From Deltaproteobacteria bacterium (lineage in GTDB: Bacteria > Desulfobacterota > Dissulfuribacteria > Dissulfuribacterales > QOAL01): DNA of 64,000 nt. The notes under the pieces are model-generated. The model had not been told where the DNA came from. It worked only from the letters and a program-made list of their open reading frames with translations, and made no database searches. Of the stretch, positions 37,209 to 46,658 are shown one piece after another. The stretch covers positions 24,223 to 88,222 of the forward strand of contig JALSNW010000031.1 of NCBI GenBank assembly GCA_026986785.1. The letters are read 5' to 3'. A program made the translations under genes and the position numbers. How positions within the stretch are numbered: the stretch's first letter is position 1; the number at the start of each line of letters is the position of its first letter.

Positions 37209-38018
37209 CTAAGGCCTTTTCAGGATAGCTGGGATCTCATCTCGGGACAGATCAGGCCTTATTCCAAACCTGGTAAGGACAAAGTCATATCTTACCGGGT
37301 CGCAGGGCGTTAGCCTCCTAAAGGCCCTTGTGATCTCGATAGCAGTTTTTAGATTGGCCTGCTTCCTGTCGGTGAGGCCAAGATTTAGTGCAATGTGGTG
37401 CATATGGGTGTCAAGGGGGATGACAAGATCCGATGGGGAGAGGACATGCCAGCCCCCAGGGTCTACTTGGTCTTTGCGCACCATCCAGCGTAGATATAAG
37501 AACAGCCTCTTACACGCGCTTTTCTTACCAGGATCAGGAAGGAGATAGGATTTTTCCATGTTTGAAAGGGCCAACAACTCGTCTACTGCTGTCTTTAGCT
37601 TCTTGACAGTAGAGTCAGGGCCTGAATGCCCATGGTCGCTTAGGCAGAGCAGTGGCTCAAGGCCTCCGTGGCGTTCAATGGCCCTCTTTATACCAATCAT
37701 GAAACTGGCCATTTCTTCGCCCTTGATAAACCTGTAGTTGAAACCCTTGAAGGCCCTCCTCAGTTCCTGTACCGAGGAATATATGAGGAAGCCTCTGGGG
37801 CTCCTGCCTGTTATCTCGAGGCATTCGTCTATACTCTTGAGTATTTGCCAGACCCTTCCATATGCCAAAGAGGCGGCTATTAGGCCCACGATCTCCCGTT
37901 CTTCGGGATCGGGGAAGCGAAAGAGAAATTCCAGGGGGTCAGGGTGTATGAATTCCGGTTTGTTGTATCGTTCGTAAAGTGCCTCGAGTCCTTCCAGGAG
38001 GCTACCTACCTCATGCAT
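37209..38018 (-). CDS. TIGR02757/DUF2400 family protein (HhH-GPD-related)
   Basis: [33 protein letters not shown] and DPVRYDF. Confidence 0.88.
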   Translation of the reverse strand: MHEVGSLLEGLEALYERYNKPEFIHPDPLEFLFRFPDPEEREIVGLIAASLAYGRVWQILKSIDECLEITGRSPRGFLIYSSVQELRRAFKGFNYRFIKGEEMASFMIGIKRAIERHGGLEPLLCLSDHGHSGPDSTVKKLKTAVDELLALSNMEKSYLLPDPGKKSACKRLFLYLRWMVRKDQVDPGGWHVLSPSDLVIPLDTHMHHIALNLGLTDRKQANLKTAIEITRAFRRLTPCDPVRYDFVLTRFGIRPDLSRDEIPAILKRP

Positions 38019-38046
38019 GACGCAGGTGTTGGCCGCGGTAATAGGC

Positions 38047-38298
38047 TCATGCCTTGCCACAGCAGGAGCCAGGGCCTGCACATCCAGGGGCCTGGCCTGG
38101 CCGGGAACCACAGCAAGCAGTATCTGAGGGGCCAGGCATGGCCTTGGGGGTCTGACCAGTCAGACTCGAGGTTGCAGACATGAGTTTTGTCAAGTTACTG
38201 CTCCCACAGTGGGGGCAGTTGAGTTCAGAGTTTGTTGAAAATATCAGCATTTCACTGATTTGACCACAATCTTCGCACCTGTATTCATAGATGGGCAT
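38047..38298 (-). CDS. FmdB-family zinc-ribbon protein
   Basis: MPIYEYRCEDCG...CPHCGS with a Cys-rich tail. Confidence 0.9.
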   Translation of the reverse strand: MPIYEYRCEDCGQISEMLIFSTNSELNCPHCGSSNLTKLMSATSSLTGQTPKAMPGPSDTACCGSRPGQAPGCAGPGSCCGKA

Positions 38299-38397
38299 AT
38301 GCTGTTTCACCTTTCTGTCGAGATTTTTTGATGGAAAGATATGCGTCTACGCCCTGCCATCAAAGAGTATAATCGCAGGGCGTAATGCCATGCCAGC

Positions 38398-38775
38398 TCA
38401 GTGGGCGCAGTGATGGTGTCCCTCGTGGCCGTGTTCGTGGCCGGAACATGTCGGGCCAGAGGCTCCCTTTAGGTTTCCGGCCAGGAACTCTTCTACGATC
38501 CTGGAAGGATCACCAGCAGGTACCCCTGCAATCACCTCTATCCCAGCCTGGTTCAGCAGCTCCACAGCCCTTGCGCCAATGCCTCCGCAAAGGACATGGG
38601 TCACCTGCTGTCCCTTGAGCCAGGCAGGCAGGGAACCGGGTTCATGGGGAGGCGGGCTATCCAATCTGCTTCCAAGGATCTTGCCATCTTGTACATCCAC
38701 CAAGCCGAACTGGGGTGCATGTCCAAAATGGCTACAGAGCATTCCATTTTCTATTGGAAGGGCAATTCTCATCAT
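38398..38775 (-). CDS. NifB/NifX-family (MTH1175-like) protein with His-rich tail
   Basis: HFGHAP.F, GGIG.RA and C-terminal CSGHEHGHEGHHHCAH. Confidence 0.88.
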   Translation of the reverse strand: MMRIALPIENGMLCSHFGHAPQFGLVDVQDGKILGSRLDSPPPHEPGSLPAWLKGQQVTHVLCGGIGARAVELLNQAGIEVIAGVPAGDPSRIVEEFLAGNLKGASGPTCSGHEHGHEGHHHCAH

Positions 38776-38792
38776 TTTTCTTCGGCCTCCTT

Positions 38793-39662
38793 TTATTCTT
38801 TCTCTTTTTCTTTCTTTTGAAGGGCAAGGGTCTGGGTGACGTTGATGACATTCTGGACTACCTTTTCGAATGCCTCGGCCGTATGGCTGTTTGGGTACAT
38901 GGCCATGATGGGTTTCCCAGCATCACCAGTGGTTACTATCCTTGGATCCACTGGTATCTTGCCCAGAAAGGGGATACCGGTTTCCTCTGACAGCTTTTCT
39001 CCTCCACCCCTTTTGAAGACATCTATGGCCTTGCCACAGTGTGGGCATATCATGCCGCTCATGTTTTCGACTATCCCAATGATTGGCATGCCTACATGTT
39101 TACAGAAATTGATGGATTTTTTCACATCCAACAAGGCCACTTCTTGAGGGGTTGTGACAACGACCGCATAGGCATCTGGTATGATCTGGGCTACTGTCAT
39201 CTGTTCATCACCTGTGCCTGGGGGGGCATCGATCACCAGGTAATCAAGCTTTCCCCATTCTATGTCATAGATGAACTGCCTTATGGCAGACATCTTCATC
39301 GGGCCTCGCCACATGACAGCTGAGTCCTTGTCGGGCAGCAAGGGTTCTACGGACATAAATTTCAGGTTTGGCGAATAATATACAGGGCCAACTGTCCCGT
39401 CCGGCCTTTTCTGGAGTTCACCTCCTTCCAGGCCAAGCATCTTTGGCACGTTCGGGCCATGAAGGTCAACATCGAGAAGGCCCACATAGAAATTTTGTAG
39501 GGACAGGCCTATGGCCAGGTTTATGGAAACCGTGCTCTTGCCAACCCCACCCTTCCCACTCATGACCATTATCTTGTGCTCAATCTGGGACAGTTTGTCC
39601 TTAATCTTTTTGTCCTGCTCATCAAGTACTGGATTTGACGGCTTTTTTGCCTCTTTTGTCAC
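38793..39662 (-). CDS. Mrp/NBP35 (ApbC) Fe-S carrier ATPase
   Basis: SGKGGVGKST, WRGPM, DAPPGTGD, TTPQ, ENMS and CPHC. The GTG start follows AGGAGG. Confidence 0.92.
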   Translation of the reverse strand: MTKEAKKPSNPVLDEQDKKIKDKLSQIEHKIMVMSGKGGVGKSTVSINLAIGLSLQNFYVGLLDVDLHGPNVPKMLGLEGGELQKRPDGTVGPVYYSPNLKFMSVEPLLPDKDSAVMWRGPMKMSAIRQFIYDIEWGKLDYLVIDAPPGTGDEQMTVAQIIPDAYAVVVTTPQEVALLDVKKSINFCKHVGMPIIGIVENMSGMICPHCGKAIDVFKRGGGEKLSEETGIPFLGKIPVDPRIVTTGDAGKPIMAMYPNSHTAEAFEKVVQNVINVTQTLALQKKEKEKE

Positions 39663-40546
39663 TTTTGTTCCTCCTGAGTCAACATTTTTGAAACTGCGCT
39701 CCAGATATTTGCTATACTTTTTGATGCGTTGCAATCTTTATATTTGACAACAGGTTGTCCTTGGACCAGGCTTTCCACGACCGTCTTGTCGAAAGGTACC
39801 TTGCCGACCACAGGAACAGACTGGCCTTTGCAGAATTGCTCGATCCTGACGGCCATCTCTTCGTTGAGTTCCCACTTGTTTATGCATACGCACGCCTCCA
39901 CCTTGAAATGACGGGCAAGACCGAGTACACGTTCCAGGTCGTGAAGTCCAGACTGTGTTGGCTCTGTTATAACGAGAATCAGATTGGCACCGGATACAGA
40001 GGCAATGACAGGACAGCCTATGCCTGGTGGGCCATCTACGAGCATGATATCTATGGCCATTTCCTCTGCCAGCTCGCGGGCCTTTTGTTTTACCAATGAA
40101 ACCAGCTTGCCAGAGTTCTCTTCTCCTGGTTTGAGTTCGGCATGGACCATGGGGCCATAGTCGGTTTCAGAGAAATACCAAAAACCACAGTGATTGGGAT
40201 GGAGTACGATGGCATCGTCCGGGCAGAAGTGGGCGCAGACAGCACATCCTTCACATGCAAGGGGGTCTACAAGGGCAATCTCGTCCTCTGTCATGGAAAT
40301 GGCCTCGAAATGACAGATTGTGGAACATGTGCCGCACCCAGTGCAGGCTTCTGGATTGACTTTGGCAGTCACTCCAGAGATAAAATCGTGCCTTTCCTGG
40401 ACCTCAGGGGAAAGCAACAGGTGAAGATCACTTGCATCCACGTCACAGTCCACCAACATGGCATTCTTACACAATACGGCGAATGAGCCGGTTATGCTGG
40501 TCTTGCCTGTTCCACCCTTGCCACTTAAGACCAGGAGTTCCTTCAC
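39659..40546 (-). CDS. MinD-like P-loop ATPase with inserted 2x[4Fe-4S] ferredoxin domain
   Basis: SGKGGTGKT, DCDVD, CTGCGTC...CEGCAVC...CP, DGPPGIGCP and TEPT. Confidence 0.92.
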   Translation of the reverse strand: MKELLVLSGKGGTGKTSITGSFAVLCKNAMLVDCDVDASDLHLLLSPEVQERHDFISGVTAKVNPEACTGCGTCSTICHFEAISMTEDEIALVDPLACEGCAVCAHFCPDDAIVLHPNHCGFWYFSETDYGPMVHAELKPGEENSGKLVSLVKQKARELAEEMAIDIMLVDGPPGIGCPVIASVSGANLILVITEPTQSGLHDLERVLGLARHFKVEACVCINKWELNEEMAVRIEQFCKGQSVPVVGKVPFDKTVVESLVQGQPVVKYKDCNASKSIANIWSAVSKMLTQEEQK

Positions 40547-41370
40547 TTTTCAAGCTCCTTAAGTAGATCTGCAAACTGTTTCTTCAATCCATCCACTGCT
40601 TCGACTATTGGGATGCCACGTGAGTAGGCGCTGGCCAGATCTTTGTCAAATTCTATCTCCATGTGGAGAGGAATATCGTTTTCTTCACACCATTTATTGA
40701 CCTTGCTGAAGCCGATCCCTGCCTTGTTCAAGATGACGCCAAACGGCAGTTTCAACTCCTTCATCACAGCCGCTGCCAATTTCAGGTCATGAAGTCCAAA
40801 AGGGGTAGGTTCAGTAACAAGTAGCACGTAATCCGCATCCCTGACGGTGTTTATGACTGGACAGGAGGTGCCTGGTGGGGCGTCATATATGACAATTTCC
40901 CTTTCTTCTGCCTTTTTTTTGACTACCTTGATGAGGGGAGAGGCCATTGCCTCTCCAACCCTCAGGGCTGCCTGAAATACCTTTATGTGTCCAGATGTGC
41001 CCCATTCGACCTTGCCGATCTGTCTCTTGCCTTGCTTCAATGCCTTCTGGTCACAGACGAGAAAACAGCCTCCACAAGAGTGGCACATGTCGGGGAAGGC
41101 CATAATGGTGTGGCCAAAGACTGTTATGGCATTGAACTGGCAAAGATCTCTACATTTGGCACAGTAGTTACACCTGTCTTCGATAACCTCTGGGACCGTC
41201 AGGTAGAATTCTTCGGAGCCGGAAATATCGGGTTTCAAAAATATGTGTGCGTTCGGCTCTTCGACATCACAGTCCACGAACGTGACAGGTTTGTTGGACG
41301 CGAGGGCAAGACTTACCGAGATGGTGGTCTTGCCTGTTCCGCCTTTTCCACTGGCTACAGCAATCTTCAT
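40543..41370 (-). CDS. MinD-like P-loop ATPase with inserted 2x[4Fe-4S] ferredoxin domain (paralog)
   Basis: ASGKGGTGKT, DCDVEEPN, CNYCAKC...CHSCGGC, DAPPGTSCP and TEPTPFG. Confidence 0.92.
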   Translation of the reverse strand: MKIAVASGKGGTGKTTISVSLALASNKPVTFVDCDVEEPNAHIFLKPDISGSEEFYLTVPEVIEDRCNYCAKCRDLCQFNAITVFGHTIMAFPDMCHSCGGCFLVCDQKALKQGKRQIGKVEWGTSGHIKVFQAALRVGEAMASPLIKVVKKKAEEREIVIYDAPPGTSCPVINTVRDADYVLLVTEPTPFGLHDLKLAAAVMKELKLPFGVILNKAGIGFSKVNKWCEENDIPLHMEIEFDKDLASAYSRGIPIVEAVDGLKKQFADLLKELEK

Positions 41371-41438
41371 ATCCTTTTCTCTGTTTGCTTTAGATGGTCC
41401 AGCTTCATCCCGGGCCATTAATGGTGCTTGTCATGCTT

Positions 41439-41924
41439 TCAAGCCTTGCAGCCACAGCCACCTCTGCCTTGGCCCTTTCCTCCCATGCCTCGACCACTGC
41501 CACCACCACAGCCGCCCTGTCCTCTGCCACCACCTGCGCCACTGCCTTGGAACATCTGTTGTCCGCTATGGGCATATCCATTGGGGCCAGAGGCTGACTG
41601 AAGCCTGCCTGAAAGAAAGGCATCGAGGGCATTTTCTACAGTGCCGTCTGCCCCTGAGACAACTTCCACTCCACCTGCCTGCAATACGGCAAAGGCCTTT
41701 GGGCCAACCCGGCCCGTGAGAACCACCTGGGCCCCGGAACCCGCCACCATTGTGGCTGCATTTATCCCTGCTCCATGGGCTGCGTCCTGAGCGGTCCTGT
41801 TATCTATGACATTGGCAATCTGTCTCGTGTCCGAGTCGATAATCACGAAATAGCTGGCCCTGCCAAATCTTGGGTCAATAGGTGAATTCAGGTTTGTTCC
41901 ACTGGAACTGACTGCAATCTTCAT
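41439..41924 (-). CDS. NifB/NifX-family protein (Orange-protein-like) with Gly-rich tail
   Basis: MKIAVSS...DPRFGRA.YF...GAGI...G.VGPKA with a GGGRGQGG...GCGC tail. Confidence 0.9.
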   Translation of the reverse strand: MKIAVSSSGTNLNSPIDPRFGRASYFVIIDSDTRQIANVIDNRTAQDAAHGAGINAATMVAGSGAQVVLTGRVGPKAFAVLQAGGVEVVSGADGTVENALDAFLSGRLQSASGPNGYAHSGQQMFQGSGAGGGRGQGGCGGGSGRGMGGKGQGRGGCGCKA

Positions 41925-42070
41925 CTTTTTCTCCTGCAATCTGATTTCTTTAGTGCAGCATCTTTCATCGGGCTGCACCCCGGGCCGTGATTCTATTTAG
42001 GTCCAGGAAGTAAAAAAGATAACCCTTGAAGGAAGAAAGGGTCTATTTGCCCTTCCCATGTTTCGGAAAC

Positions 42071-42099
42071 AAGTTATGTAGCCGAGGGGTGGATGTCAA
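42071..42099 (-). promoter_or_regulatory. Putative sigma70 promoter for the NifX/ATPase/Mrp operon
   Basis: Minus strand TTGACA-N17-TAACTT. Confidence 0.5.
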
Positions 42100-42208
42100 T
42101 ATTTTTTTTGAGCACACGATTAAAATTTTTCTCTGCCCATTCATTTTTTCCCCATATTGTGCTACAAGAAGACATAGTAGGGCAAAATCCAATCAGGAGG
42201 TTCTGAAA

Positions 42209-43909
42209 ATGGGTAAGAAGATTCTGGTAATCGGCGGAGTGGCTTGTGGGCCAAAGGCTGCCTGTCGAGTCAAGAGGCTTGATCCATCAGTTGAGGTTAC
42301 GATAGTAGAAAAGGGTGAAGAGATCTCTTATGGGGCATGCGGCCTGCCTTTCTATTTGGAGGGTCAGGTGGAGGATCTCACCGAGCTTACTACCACACCG
42401 GTAGGCGTTCCGAGAGATGTGAATTTTTTCAAGGCGGTAAAGGGAGTGGATGTAAGGCTGAATACAGAGGCAATAGCAATAGACAGAAAAAGCAAGAAGG
42501 TCAGGGTGAAAAACGTCAAAGATGGTACCCAGGAGGAGTTGGCGTACGATCAGCTCGTCATAGCCACAGGTAGCAGCCCGGTCAAACCCCCTATCCCAGG
42601 GATAGACTTGGAGGGGATCCATTGTCTCAAGACCATGGAGGATGGGGCAAGGTTGAAACAGGCCATGGAAAGCGCACCTGGGAAAAACGCCGTGATAATA
42701 GGTGCGGGTCTTATCGGCATGGAATGTCTCGAGCCCCTTTTGAAAGCTGGATTCACATGTCATGTAGTTGAAAAACTGCCATTCGTCCTTCCTGCCCTCC
42801 TCGATGAAGAAATGGCTGTACCACTGATGAAACATATAACCTCCAAGGGAGTGATCCTTCATTGCGGAGATGGTGTTGAAAGTTTTAAAGACGACGGCAA
42901 GGGCAGGGTGTCAAAGGTGATAACCGAACAGACGGAGATAGACGCAGATCTCGTGCTCCTTGCCATAGGATTCAGGCCCAATACCCAGTTGGCCCAAGAT
43001 GCTGGTCTGGAGGTAGGGCGAATGGGTATAGTAACCGATGCCCACATGAGGACCTCTGATCCAGATATTTACGCAGGCGGTGATTGTGTAGCCTCTTTCA
43101 ATATAGTTTCTGGCAGCTACATGTACGCCCCTATGGGTTCAACTGCAAACAAACATGGCCGGGTAATAGGTAATAATCTTGCTGGTTGGGAGAGTACGTT
43201 CCCTGGTGTGTGTGGAACGGGTGTCTGTAGCATCCTGGGCTTTAATGTGGCTCGTACAGGGCTTACGGAGCGTGATGCCAAGGCTCAGGGTCTGGAGACT
43301 GTAATAAGCCTTTGTCCTGCCCCTGACAAGCCCCATTACATGAAGGGCAGCAAGCTAATCCACATGAAAATGGTGGCCGAGGGATATACCGGAAGGCTGT
43401 TGGGGGTACAGATATTAGGGCCTGGTGAGGTGTTGAGCAGGATCGACACTGCTGCTGCAATCCTGAAGGCCAGAGGTAGTGTGGATGATATATTCGAGAC
43501 CGATATGGCCTATGCACCCCCATTTTCACCTGCCATAGACAACCTGATCGTTGCTGCAAATGTGATCCAAAATAAGATGGACGGGATTATAAATAGCTAT
43601 AGTCCCAAAGAGGTTAAGGAAAAATTAGACAAGGGAGAAGATTTCGTAATCCTTGATGTAAGGACCCCCAAGGAATTGGAACAGATGAAACTCCCCTATG
43701 AAAATGTGGTACACATACCCCTGGGTATGATCAGGAAAAAGGCACAGGATCTACCAAAAGACAAGGAAATAGTATGTATGTGCAAGATATCCCTGAGGGG
43801 CTACGAGGCTGCAAGGATGCTGGAAGGCGCCGGATTCGACCCAGAAAAGATCAGGATACTCGATGGGGGAATCGTGGCATGGCCTTATGAAAAAATAGTC
43901 AATATGTGA
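42209..43909 (+). CDS. CoA-disulfide/persulfide reductase with C-terminal rhodanese domain (CoADR-RHD/Npsr-like)
   Basis: GGVACG, SYGACGLP (redox Cys), GAGLIG, YAGGD and YAPPFS, then rhodanese LDVR...CKISLRG...GGIVAW. AGGAGG RBS. Confidence 0.9.
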   Translation: MGKKILVIGGVACGPKAACRVKRLDPSVEVTIVEKGEEISYGACGLPFYLEGQVEDLTELTTTPVGVPRDVNFFKAVKGVDVRLNTEAIAIDRKSKKVRVKNVKDGTQEELAYDQLVIATGSSPVKPPIPGIDLEGIHCLKTMEDGARLKQAMESAPGKNAVIIGAGLIGMECLEPLLKAGFTCHVVEKLPFVLPALLDEEMAVPLMKHITSKGVILHCGDGVESFKDDGKGRVSKVITEQTEIDADLVLLAIGFRPNTQLAQDAGLEVGRMGIVTDAHMRTSDPDIYAGGDCVASFNIVSGSYMYAPMGSTANKHGRVIGNNLAGWESTFPGVCGTGVCSILGFNVARTGLTERDAKAQGLETVISLCPAPDKPHYMKGSKLIHMKMVAEGYTGRLLGVQILGPGEVLSRIDTAAAILKARGSVDDIFETDMAYAPPFSPAIDNLIVAANVIQNKMDGIINSYSPKEVKEKLDKGEDFVILDVRTPKELEQMKLPYENVVHIPLGMIRKKAQDLPKDKEIVCMCKISLRGYEAARMLEGAGFDPEKIRILDGGIVAWPYEKIVNM

Positions 43910-43920
43910 AATCTTTTCTC

Positions 43921-43973
43921 CCCTGGATTACGCATTTGATTAGGACAAGGGATCACGAGTGCACAATCTGGGT
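43921..43973. repeat. Minimal inverted pair of MITE terminal units
   Basis: CCTGGATTACGCA...GAGTGCACAATCTGGG. Confidence 0.6.
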
Positions 43974-44012
43974 AAGGCCCCTGTTTCTGGTAAGGAATCA
44001 GGGGCCTTTTTT
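43974..44012 (+). terminator. Rho-independent terminator, possibly bidirectional
   Basis: AAGGCCCCTG...CAGGGGCCTTTTTT. Confidence 0.8.
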
Positions 44013-44031
44013 GGTTCTTACCATACCGCTG

Positions 44032-45243
44032 TTATTTGCCAACTACACTTGCCATCTTGAATATTGGTAGATACATGGCGATTATGATGGAGCCAATGGT
44101 CCCCCCCAGGAATACGATCATAAAGGGTTCTATCATACTGGTCAGCCCATCCACGGCCGTATCGACTTCTTGGTCGTAGAAATCGGCGATCTTGTTGAGC
44201 ATTGCATCGAGGGCACCTGTAGTTTCTCCTACGGATATCATCTGTACGACCATGCTCGGAAAGACACCGCTTTCCATGAGCGGTTGGGCAATGGAGCGGC
44301 CTTCGCTGATACTTGCCTTCACTGCCCGGATGGCGTTTTCCACCACCTTGTTGCCTGCAGTACCTGCAGCCACGTTCAATGCCTCGATAATGGGCACACC
44401 ACTGTTGATCAAAGTTCCAAGGGTGCGGGTGAACTTGGCCACAGCAACCTTCTTGATGAGTGGGCCAAAAACCGGGGCACGAAGTACAGCCCTGTCAACG
44501 ATCAGTTTACCCTTGGGGGTGCTGTAAAATTTTTTGAAGGCAATTACCAAAATTGCCGCTCCTCCCAAGATTGCCAATATATAGGATTTGATAAAATTAC
44601 TTATATTGATGACAATCTGCGTGGGTGCTGGAAGGGCTGCTCCAAATTCAGAAAACATCTTTGCAAAAACGGGTATGACAAATATGAGTATTATCCCGAG
44701 CACTACGCCAGATATGGCCAGGACGATTGCAGGATAGGTCATGGCGCTCTTGACCTTGGCCTTTAGTGCCTGGGCCTTTTCCATGTAATCCGAAAGCCTC
44801 CGGAGGACTTCATCCAAGATACCGCCTATTTCTCCTGCTGCCACCATGTTTCTATACAGCCTGTCAAAGTGTTTTGGATATTTTTTCAGGGCGTCGGCAA
44901 AAGTAGAGCCACTTTCCACCTCGTTTTTTATATCGAGCAGCATCTTCTTGAATGTAGGATTCTCTTGCTGGTTCCCCAATATGTCGAGCCCTTGCACCAA
45001 GGGCAGGCCAGCATCGATCATGGTGCTGAGCTGTCTGGTAAAGATGACAATATCCTTTGTCTTTACCTTGGGTTGCAGGAAGCTGACATTGGCCAATAGA
45101 TCTTTGGGTTTGGGTTTGAGTTTGGTGAGACGGATCTTTTTCCTGGAAAGTAGTAGGCGTGCCGTGCGCTCATCCTGTGCCTCTATCTCACCTTTTGCAT
45201 GTTTCCCAGATGCGTCCGTACCTACCCAGACATAAACAGGCAT
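44032..45243 (-). CDS. pilC: Type IV pilus inner-membrane platform protein (T2SS F family)
   Basis: FTRQLSTMIDAGLP, AGE.GG.L, AMTYP, GE.TG.LD and IEP...MYLPIF. Confidence 0.95.
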   Translation of the reverse strand: MPVYVWVGTDASGKHAKGEIEAQDERTARLLLSRKKIRLTKLKPKPKDLLANVSFLQPKVKTKDIVIFTRQLSTMIDAGLPLVQGLDILGNQQENPTFKKMLLDIKNEVESGSTFADALKKYPKHFDRLYRNMVAAGEIGGILDEVLRRLSDYMEKAQALKAKVKSAMTYPAIVLAISGVVLGIILIFVIPVFAKMFSEFGAALPAPTQIVINISNFIKSYILAILGGAAILVIAFKKFYSTPKGKLIVDRAVLRAPVFGPLIKKVAVAKFTRTLGTLINSGVPIIEALNVAAGTAGNKVVENAIRAVKASISEGRSIAQPLMESGVFPSMVVQMISVGETTGALDAMLNKIADFYDQEVDTAVDGLTSMIEPFMIVFLGGTIGSIIIAMYLPIFKMASVVGK

Positions 45244-45525
45244 TTTCTTTAACTCCTTGTTCTGTCCTTTAAATAATTTTAAAAACGTACAATAAAAAAA
45301 TTTCTGCCATGTAGCCGTTGGCCAAGCAGAAGAGTTTAGGCCACCCCTATCTTAGAGCAAGCCTTTGTTGTTCGTTCCTCATGGATATGCTTCGCACCTT
45401 CACCATCCCATTCCTGGTACACATAGAAAAGTCTTGTCTCCAGCCTATTGCTGAAGAACAGCAGCAAAAAATACACCAGCGCTCTTTTTGTTTATCGGAA
45501 ACAGGTGGAAGATCCTGAAGCTTCT

Positions 45526-45825
45526 TCAGAATTTCAGTCTTGAAGACACTGTCTCTATCTCCAGGTCTTCGACCAGGAATGTCTTTTGTCTGGAGGTGGC
45601 CCCACTTTTCAGAACCAGATCCGATCTTGGGACCTTCAATGCCCTTGCCAACAGTTTCTGACATGCTTTGTTGGCCTTGTTGTCAACTGGTGGGGCCTGT
45701 ACGAGTACCTTTAGCCTTTCTCCGTAGGTACCTGATATACGCTCCTTGGATGCCCTTGGTTGGACATGAACCCTGATAAGGGTACCTTGCCTGGCTTTTT
45801 GGAGGAAAGGAGGGGGTGTTTTCAT
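45526..45825 (-). CDS. DUF167/YggU family protein
   Basis: V.VQPRAS...APPVDNKAN...SGATSR.K. Confidence 0.9.
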   Translation of the reverse strand: MKTPPPFLQKARQGTLIRVHVQPRASKERISGTYGERLKVLVQAPPVDNKANKACQKLLARALKVPRSDLVLKSGATSRQKTFLVEDLEIETVSSRLKF

Positions 45826-45833
45826 GCAGATGT

Positions 45834-46658
45834 TCAATCCGGGGTCTTTCTACAGTGCTTCAACAGAGAGGGGCCGAGCTTCTGTACCTCTTTGAACATC
45901 TTGATGAAGCCAGCCCTGTCCCCCTCTTTGATAATGGTCCTTAGTTGCCTGCTATACTTCCCAAATGTGTCCAAGGCGGTATTCGTATAGGGATTTCCAA
46001 GCTGAATGGTGGCGTATAATTCTGGGTCTTGGAGGCACAGACGTGCCACAATGTTTAGCTGTCTTTCAAAACTGGGGGTTGCAAGTTCGAGGATGTGTTT
46101 GAAGTCTATGCCGTCTTCTTCAAGGGATTTGCCCAGACATAGTATGATAAAATGATTCAATGCCTGTACCCATGCCATGGTGCGGTCGTGCTCCTGGGGG
46201 GTGAAGATAGCAGTTAATGCCCCTGTGGAATCGAGAAATGCCTTCCACCAATAGAACCACTTTGTACCCCGAGCTGGGCAAAGGGCTACCCTTTTGCCAA
46301 TGATATCGCTTTCACCAGGACCAAAGAGGGGGTGTGTTCCGCAGACCTGGCATTTGCTGTATCTTAGCATTGTTTCCACCTGGCGTTCTTTCAAGGAGCA
46401 CATGTCCGTCAGGAAGTTTTCTTCTGGGATCATTGGGGCGACTTCCCGTACCACGCTGTCAAAACAGTCCATGGGGACGGCAAGTATGACCATCTGGCAC
46501 TTTTCGGCCAGGTCCCTTGAGGTGAGCTCAGTATCCAGGTCGGAGATGAGTACCTTGAAGCCCGTATCTTGAAAGAATCTTTCGAACCATCGGCCCATCC
46601 TGCCCCTACCACCAATTATGCCAATTCTCGGTCTAAATGAGGCGTCCATTCTGTTCAT
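45834..46658 (-). CDS. tyrA: Prephenate dehydrogenase
   Basis: GIIGGRGRMG, D..S.K, HPLFGP and EHD..MA..Q.L.H. Confidence 0.88.
   Translation of the reverse strand: MNRMDASFRPRIGIIGGRGRMGRWFERFFQDTGFKVLISDLDTELTSRDLAEKCQMVILAVPMDCFDSVVREVAPMIPEENFLTDMCSLKERQVETMLRYSKCQVCGTHPLFGPGESDIIGKRVALCPARGTKWFYWWKAFLDSTGALTAIFTPQEHDRTMAWVQALNHFIILCLGKSLEEDGIDFKHILELATPSFERQLNIVARLCLQDPELYATIQLGNPYTNTALDTFGKYSRQLRTIIKEGDRAGFIKMFKEVQKLGPSLLKHCRKTPD

Noticed and set aside
38398-41924. Nitrogen fixation genes
   Set aside because: NifB/NifX-like domains occur widely outside nif clusters, and there is no nifHDK here.
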